Of a stretch of DNA of 28,743 nucleotides, positions 23,313 through 28,743 are shown one piece after another. Position 1 is the first letter of the stretch, and each line of letters begins with the position of its first letter. The position numbers and the translations under genes were made by a program. The notes beneath the pieces are model-generated. The model did not search any database. It was not told the origin of the DNA and saw only the letters and a list, made by a program, of their open reading frames with translations. Where the stretch lies: the NCBI GenBank assembly GCA_003552605.1, contig PUNN01000518.1, forward strand, positions 1 through 28,743, written 5' to 3'. Origin of the DNA: Phycisphaeraceae bacterium (lineage in GTDB: Bacteria > Planctomycetota > Phycisphaerae > Phycisphaerales > Phycisphaeraceae).

Positions 23313-26177
23313 ATGACCACCCCGCTACGGGATCGCCTTGCCCGGCATTGGGCCCGGGCCATAAGCCGCAGGCCGCGACTGGTCATCGCGGTCGGCGTGA
23401 TCCTGGCGCTGCTGGCGGTGTTGTTGACGGTCTGGCGGTTGGACTTCATCGCCCACCGAAACGAGATGATCGGCAACGACCTCGAGTGGAATCAGCGGTT
23501 CGAGGACTGGTGGGAAAGCTTCCCGGGCACCTACGACTTCATCGCCGTGATCGACACACGCGGCCCGGATGGACGGCCCTCGCCCGCGGCCCGGGCGAGG
23601 GCGGAAGCGTTCGTGGATGAGTTGGGCCCGGCGCTGAATGAAACCGAGCACATCCGCCGCGCTGAATGGGGCGCTCCCGCCGATGACTTCAGCGCCCGCA
23701 CATCGCGGCTGCTGCCGATGGCGCAGTTCGAGGCTGTTCTGAAAGAGGCGATGCAAGCCGAGCCGCTGCTCGAGCATCCCACGCCGGGCGGGCTGATTGA
23801 TGCGGTGACCACCGGCCTGGCGCGCGGGGGGGAGGATCCCGAGGTTGATGAGCAAGAGATCGTTGCCGAGCTAACCCGTCTCGACGAGCTGATTGAGGGC
23901 ATGCACCGCGTGCTTGCCCGACCGCCTGACGAAGCGGCGGGGCAACATGAAACGTCGATACTGCAAGCGCACCTTGCAGGGCCAGTGTCGGAAGACGACT
24001 GGCAATACATGGCCAGCCCGAATGGTCGGCTGCTGTTCGTGCGCATCACGCCACGGCTGACCGAGGATGTGCTCAGTGCCGTGGCTGATGCGATCGAAGC
24101 GGCACGCGGGGTAATGGCCGAGGTGCAGCAGCGTTATCCCGAAGTCGAGGCGGGGCTGACCGGTGTGGAAGTGGTCGAGACGGATGAAACCGAGGCGATT
24201 CAGGCCGACGCCACGCTCGCCTCGATCCTGGCGTTTCTGCTGATCGCCACGATGCTGGTGCTGGCTTACCACAACTGGCAGACACCGTTGCTGGTGATGA
24301 TGGCGCTGCTGATTGGTATCGCCTGGGCCTTCGCCCATGTCGTTCTGAGCGTCGGGCACCTCCAGCTACTTAGCGTGTTCTTCATTGCGATTCTGCTCGG
24401 GCTGGGGGTGGACTACGGCATTCACCTGGCTGCCACCTATGAGCGGGTGCGGCGGGATTTCGCTGATGGGCCGGCGCACTTCGAACCGGCGCTGGCGCGC
24501 ACGCTGAGCCTGGCCGGCCCCGGTGTGCTTACCGGGGCGGTTACGACGGCGGCGGCCTTTGCCACGATCATCTTTACCGACTTCAGCGGTGTCGCCGAGA
24601 TGGGGATGATCGCCTTCGGCGGCATCCTGTTGTGCCTGCTGGCGATGTTCACCATCTTCCCGGCGCTGCTGCGGATGGCACGCCACAGCCATCGGCACGT
24701 GATGCCACCGCAGACCAAACGGCTGGACATCTACCAGGAGCGATGGTCGATGCCGTTTGTGGCTCATCCCTGGCGGACGCTGATCATCGCAGGTCTGACC
24801 GTGGCGGTCTGCATCCCGATCGTCATGCGGATCGGGTTCAATTATGACCTGCTGGACATGCAGCCGCGCGGCCTCGAGAGCGTGCATTGGCAGCAGCGGA
24901 TCATCGAGGATGGTGAGCAGTCGATCTGGTTCGGGGTCAGCATCAGCGATGACCTCGATGAGCTTCGCAAACGTCGCGAGGCATTCCTCCATAAGCCCAC
25001 CACCGGCGGGGTCGGTGGCATCGGCATGCTGATGCCGCCGGATGATGAGCAGAAGGTTGCTCGGATTGACGCTTTGCCCGATTCGTTCCGTAAGGCCGTC
25101 GAGGGCGTACTCGCCGAGGCCGATGCAGCGGAGCAGGTCACTGACGATGAAGAGGATGCGCCGAGCCTCGATGCAGAAGCTGATGGCCCTGCTTTCGACG
25201 ATGCGATCGGCCGTTTGCAGATGCTGCTGTCGGCGGCCCGCGAACGGGATGATGTGCCGGTGGTGATCGCCGAGGCCATGAGTGACCTGGAACAGACGGT
25301 GAGGCGAACCACAGACCTGCTCAGGGGGTTGGATGATGCCGAATACGAGCGGCGGTTGAAGGTGCTTCAGCACGAATACCGCGGATTTCAACTTACAACG
25401 GCGCACCAGCTTGAAGCGCTGCTCGATACGAGCCCGCTCGGCAAGGATGACCTGCCCGAAGCGCTGCTTCGGCCGTACATCGACCGCACAGATCCGCAAC
25501 GGCCGCGCTACGCCCTCGAGGTCTACCCCCGACTGCCCGAGTTGAACGCCATCAGCAGCCCGCTTGACCCAGCTTTCCTCCCGACGTTTCATCGCGACCT
25601 CGAAGCGGTGGACCCGGGCATCACCGGCGTCGTGGTGCAGGTCTACCACTTCGGCGAGTTGATCCGTGATTCCTACACCAAGGCGGGCATCTACGCCTTC
25701 CTTGTGGTGATGGCGCTGTTGTGGCTCAGCTTCCGGGTGTTGACCGATGCGGTGATGTGCCTGCTGCCGGTGGCGCTCGGTTTCTGTACCAGCTTCGCCA
25801 TCCTCGTGCTTGCTGGTGAGAGCATCAACGTGGCCAACATCACCGTGCTGCCCCTGATGTTCGGCATCGGCGTCGATGCGGGGGTGCACATGATCCATCG
25901 CTTCCGTCAATATCCGAAGGAGCAGCCCGGCGGCCTGACCCACGGCACAGGCAAGGGCATCACGCTGACGAGCCTGACGACGATGATCGGTTTCAGCGCA
26001 CTGATGACCGCAAGCCACGGCGGCATTTTCAGCCTCGGCTTCATCATGACCATCGGCCTGGCACTGACGATGCTGACCTGCTGGACGGTGGTCCCGGCAT
26101 GTCTCGAGCTTCGCCGCCGTCACCGCGCCCGCCTCACGGCATCGGGTGGTACCGTGACCGGGCCATCTCAGGAATGA
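23313..26177 (+). CDS. hpnN: MMPL/RND-family transporter, HpnN-like (hopanoid transport)
   Basis: 954 aa with two repeats of TM, large loop and 5 TM. LLGLGVDYGIH and MFGIGVDAGVH motifs, AGLTG and GITG linkers. Divergent from hpnO. Confidence 0.75.
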   Translation: MTTPLRDRLARHWARAISRRPRLVIAVGVILALLAVLLTVWRLDFIAHRNEMIGNDLEWNQRFEDWWESFPGTYDFIAVIDTRGPDGRPSPAARARAEAFVDELGPALNETEHIRRAEWGAPADDFSARTSRLLPMAQFEAVLKEAMQAEPLLEHPTPGGLIDAVTTGLARGGEDPEVDEQEIVAELTRLDELIEGMHRVLARPPDEAAGQHETSILQAHLAGPVSEDDWQYMASPNGRLLFVRITPRLTEDVLSAVADAIEAARGVMAEVQQRYPEVEAGLTGVEVVETDETEAIQADATLASILAFLLIATMLVLAYHNWQTPLLVMMALLIGIAWAFAHVVLSVGHLQLLSVFFIAILLGLGVDYGIHLAATYERVRRDFADGPAHFEPALARTLSLAGPGVLTGAVTTAAAFATIIFTDFSGVAEMGMIAFGGILLCLLAMFTIFPALLRMARHSHRHVMPPQTKRLDIYQERWSMPFVAHPWRTLIIAGLTVAVCIPIVMRIGFNYDLLDMQPRGLESVHWQQRIIEDGEQSIWFGVSISDDLDELRKRREAFLHKPTTGGVGGIGMLMPPDDEQKVARIDALPDSFRKAVEGVLAEADAAEQVTDDEEDAPSLDAEADGPAFDDAIGRLQMLLSAARERDDVPVVIAEAMSDLEQTVRRTTDLLRGLDDAEYERRLKVLQHEYRGFQLTTAHQLEALLDTSPLGKDDLPEALLRPYIDRTDPQRPRYALEVYPRLPELNAISSPLDPAFLPTFHRDLEAVDPGITGVVVQVYHFGELIRDSYTKAGIYAFLVVMALLWLSFRVLTDAVMCLLPVALGFCTSFAILVLAGESINVANITVLPLMFGIGVDAGVHMIHRFRQYPKEQPGGLTHGTGKGITLTSLTTMIGFSALMTASHGGIFSLGFIMTIGLALTMLTCWTVVPACLELRRRHRARLTASGGTVTGPSQE

Positions 26178-26213
26178 TGCCGGCAAGCATTCGTTGACAG
26201 GCAGGCAACGGAA

Positions 26214-26241
26214 CCCCACCGTGAGTAAACGGTTGGTGGGG
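26214..26241. terminator. Hairpin between convergent hpnN and arsM, possible terminator
   Basis: CCCCACC (26214-26220) pairs with GGTGGGG (26235-26241). No U-tract, so the call is weak. Confidence 0.25.
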
Positions 26242-26255
26242 CATCCGCGCGGGAC

Positions 26256-27071
26256 CTACCCCTGTGGCTTCACCGCGTGGATCATCGCCGACATGACCGA
26301 TGGTTCGGTGCCTGCGCCCGGCAGCCAGTTTTCGATCGGGCGGCGGGTCGTTTCCAGCGGCTCGATGCGCACCTCGACAAAGCCGGCGGCTTCGAGGTCG
26401 GCACGGACCTGCTCGATGGCCGCAGCGCCTGCCACGCAACCGCATGCGAGATCAAACTGCTCGCGAAGCGACCCGGGCAGCGGGGCGGAAGCGACAATGT
26501 CGCTGATCACCAGGCGACCGCCGGGTTTGAGCACGCGGAAGCTCTCGCGCCAGACGGTGGCTTTTTCGGGCGATAGATTTACCACGCAATTCGAGAGCAC
26601 ACGGTCCACGCTATCGTTTTCAACCGGCAGGTGCTCGATCTGGCCCTTGCGGAAGCTGATGTTGTCATAGCCAGCCTCCGCCGCGAGTTCGGCCGCGCGC
26701 TCGACCATCGCATCGGTCATATCCACCCCGATCACGTGGCCCGTCGGGCCGACCTGTTGCGCAGCGAGGAAGCAGTCAATGCCGGCGCCACTACCGAGAT
26801 CGAGCACTGTCTGGCCCGGCTCGAGTGCCGCTTCGGCCACTGGATTGCCTGAACCGAGGCCGAGGTCGGCCCCGGCCGGCAGGGCAGCGAGTTGCTCGGC
26901 GGTGTATCCGAGCCCGCAAGAAGGCGCGGTGGGGTCGCTGCTGGCGGCGGTACCGCCTTCAGCACTGCAACAGGCGTGGGCAGCCGCATGCGGGGCCGTG
27001 CGGCTGCGGACAATCTGCGCATAGTGGTCCCGGACGGCGTTGTGAATCGTCATCGGCTCACGTGGGGTCAT
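26256..27071 (-). CDS. arsM: Arsenite S-adenosylmethionine methyltransferase ArsM-like (271 aa), C-to-S variant
   Basis: N-terminal CC, GLGSGNP, VLDLGSGAGIDCF, IGVDMT, SNCVVNL, CGCVAGA; GGAGG before the ATG at 27071. Confidence 0.85.
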   Translation of the reverse strand: MTPREPMTIHNAVRDHYAQIVRSRTAPHAAAHACCSAEGGTAASSDPTAPSCGLGYTAEQLAALPAGADLGLGSGNPVAEAALEPGQTVLDLGSGAGIDCFLAAQQVGPTGHVIGVDMTDAMVERAAELAAEAGYDNISFRKGQIEHLPVENDSVDRVLSNCVVNLSPEKATVWRESFRVLKPGGRLVISDIVASAPLPGSLREQFDLACGCVAGAAAIEQVRADLEAAGFVEVRIEPLETTRRPIENWLPGAGTEPSVMSAMIHAVKPQG

Positions 27072-27092
27072 GGGAATCCTCCCGATGGAGTC

Positions 27093-27112
27093 ACTTCGTT
27101 TATTGGCGAAGT
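27093..27112. promoter_or_regulatory. Operator-like palindrome ACTTCG-N8-CGAAGT over the predicted arsM transcription start
   Basis: Perfect 6-bp arms at 27093-27098 and 27107-27112, directly downstream of the -10 box on the minus strand. Confidence 0.55.
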
Positions 27113-27141
27113 ATCGTAGGCAACTACCCCCACCCCGGCAA
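27113..27141 (-). promoter_or_regulatory. Sigma70-type promoter TTGCCG-N17-TACGAT for arsM
   Basis: -35 at 27141-27136, 17-nt spacer, -10 at 27118-27113; about 40 nt upstream of the start. Confidence 0.6.
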
Positions 27142-27225
27142 CCGGCAACGCGGCATCCCCAAGTCGGCCGGACACCCGTCGCGGAGTGAACGTGCCGGGA
27201 TGGCCCCCCCACTCGCTCCAGGCGC

Positions 27226-27267
27226 CGCATGGCCATCGGCTGTAGGCAGTCGCTGACCATGCCACCC
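27226..27267 (-). repeat. REP-like unit (GGGTGGCATGGTCAGCG family)
   Basis: CGCATGGCCATCGGCTGTAGGCAGTCGCTGACCATGCCACCC is near-identical to 14494-14537. Confidence 0.85.
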
Positions 27268-27398
27268 GATTTGGCGCGACCTGCGTTCGCCCTCCATTGA
27301 GCGTTGCGACCGTGCTTCCATCTGTTCGGTACCATCGTGGCCGTCCCGGGCAATAACCGGGTGGCAGCACGACCATGATCGTGATGGAGTGTCAATGC

Positions 27399-28310
27399 AT
27401 GACTGAAAATGCGGCGTTTTCACTTCCCCCCTCCCCGCGCATCGGGTTCATTGGACTTGGCGCGATGGGCGGCGGGATGGCGGCGAATCTGTGTGCTGCC
27501 GGTTTGACAGTCGAGGTGCTCGACGTCGATCCGGCGAAGGTCGAACCGCTCGTTGATCGTGGGGCATCGCCCGCCGGGAGTGTGCCCGCCCTTGTAGAAG
27601 CGGTGGATCTCATCTGCCTCAGCCTGCCCTCATCGAAGGTGGCGGTGGATGTCATCGAGCAGCAGGTGCTGCCCGCCGCGCGGCCGGGGCAGGTGGTGAT
27701 CGACTTTGGCACCACGCAGGGGCCGCAGGTACGGCGCCTCGCGGAGTTGCTCGCTGAGCAGCAGGTCCACTTGCTCGATGCACCGGTCAGCGGCGGCAGC
27801 GGGCGGGCGTCTGAAGGAAGGCTCCACATCTTCGTCGGGGGCGAGCGGCCCGTCTTCGATGCCTGCCGCCACATTCTCGACAACCTCGGTCAGCCGGAGC
27901 ACGTCAACTGGTGCGGCCCGAGTGGGAGCGGGCAGGCTGTCAAGGGCGTGAACCAGCTCGGTCTCGGCCTGGTCGACGCCGCCTTTCTCGAGGCGATTGC
28001 TTACGGTGTCCACGGTGGTGTGGCCCCGGAGGCGATTGCCCGGGCCATCGATGGCCCCGAGCCGTGGCGACAGAAGCTGGCCCATGTTGCCCGATGCGCG
28101 GCGGAGGGAAGGGCGGAGGATATCTACATCAAGTTCCCGGAACTGCCCTATTTCCTCGCCGAGGCCCGCGATCGCGGCTTTCCCTTGCCGATGACCGAAG
28201 CACTTTTCAATTTCTGCGATCCCGGCCCCCGCAATTGGGTGGACAACATGGGCCGGCCCCGGGTGGCGTACTGGTACATGCTGATGCAGGGCAGCCAATC
28301 CCGGCCTTGA
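27399..28310 (+). CDS. NAD(P)-dependent beta-hydroxyacid dehydrogenase (3-hydroxyisobutyrate/6-phosphogluconate dehydrogenase family)
   Basis: GFIGLGAMG, LSLPS, VIDFGT, LDAPVSGG, catalytic Lys in AVKGVNQ. GGAG upstream of the ATG at 27399. Confidence 0.9.
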   Translation: MTENAAFSLPPSPRIGFIGLGAMGGGMAANLCAAGLTVEVLDVDPAKVEPLVDRGASPAGSVPALVEAVDLICLSLPSSKVAVDVIEQQVLPAARPGQVVIDFGTTQGPQVRRLAELLAEQQVHLLDAPVSGGSGRASEGRLHIFVGGERPVFDACRHILDNLGQPEHVNWCGPSGSGQAVKGVNQLGLGLVDAAFLEAIAYGVHGGVAPEAIARAIDGPEPWRQKLAHVARCAAEGRAEDIYIKFPELPYFLAEARDRGFPLPMTEALFNFCDPGPRNWVDNMGRPRVAYWYMLMQGSQSRP

Positions 28311-28464
28311 AACAGCCAGAAGTCCTTTCTTTGCCTACGGCGAGGCGTGCTGTACCCACTGCCGTAACCCCGGCACGCGACCGTCTCTGCAAGCGAGGCA
28401 GAAAAGACTAAACTGTCGGCCGGTCCCTGATCGGTCAGGGCCGGGTCGAGGGCCTCCGCCCTGA

Positions 28465-28743
<279 letters not shown>

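Noticed and set aside
343-26219. Long antisense ORFs (343-1383, 2431-4299, 8571-9797, 12859-14355, 16012-17463, 19510-20997, 21258-22535, 24366-26219)
   Set aside because: Each shadows a well-supported gene on the other strand, has no recognisable motif, and is expected from high-GC codon bias.
14348-27267. Possible CRISPR array or IS ends among the repeats
   Set aside because: The repeats are dispersed or inverted pairs, not regularly spaced direct repeats with unique spacers. No cas or transposase gene is present in the window.
316-27395. N-terminal extensions in the ORF track for flgE, lptG, pyrE, the first SDR, the ceramidase-like gene, rlmN, pyrD, the hydrolase and arsM
   Set aside because: They are low-complexity readthrough of intergenic or repeat DNA or overlap neighbouring genes. 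Downstream starts match family N-termini and often have an RBS or -10 signal.
27124-27423. 99-aa minus-strand ORF with a CC pair upstream of arsM as a candidate ArsR
   Set aside because: It has no helix-turn-helix pattern, reads through a REP unit and the arsM promoter, and overlaps the divergent dehydrogenase start.

Overview
High-GC bacterial chromosomal window made up mostly of housekeeping and envelope genes. The gene set and protein styles suggest a flagellated, diderm Planctomycetota, probably Phycisphaerae; this is inference, not a database result. Gene order: partial hypothetical gene, flgE, flbD, lptF-like, lptG-like, murA, Trm112/YcaR-family gene, CE15 esterase, SDR (-), pyrE, SDR (-), M50 site-2 protease, secreted heparinase II/III-like protein (-), neutral-ceramidase-superfamily hydrolase (-), rlmN (-), pyrD, lipoprotein alpha/beta hydrolase (-), slyD (-), hpnO-like aminotransferase (-), divergent hpnN-like MMPL transporter, arsM-like methyltransferase (-), NAD-dependent dehydrogenase, and partial eno. 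I found no rRNA, tRNA, CRISPR array or transposase. The most interesting signals are: (1) intergenic palindromic cassettes in which the same outer inverted arm brackets two different inner REP-like pairs, one of them also flanked by a 16-bp near-perfect direct repeat; (2) an ArsM whose LGCGNP cysteine is Ser, with a clean sigma70 promoter and operator palindrome but no adjacent arsR; (3) a divergent hpnO/hpnN hopanoid module; (4) a polysaccharide-lyase-like protein lacking the usual catalytic His motif; (5) an LptF with a much enlarged periplasmic region; (6) a murA leader with mutually exclusive helices. I cannot show from sequence alone that any of these is a new system. All functional calls come from motif recognition by eye.
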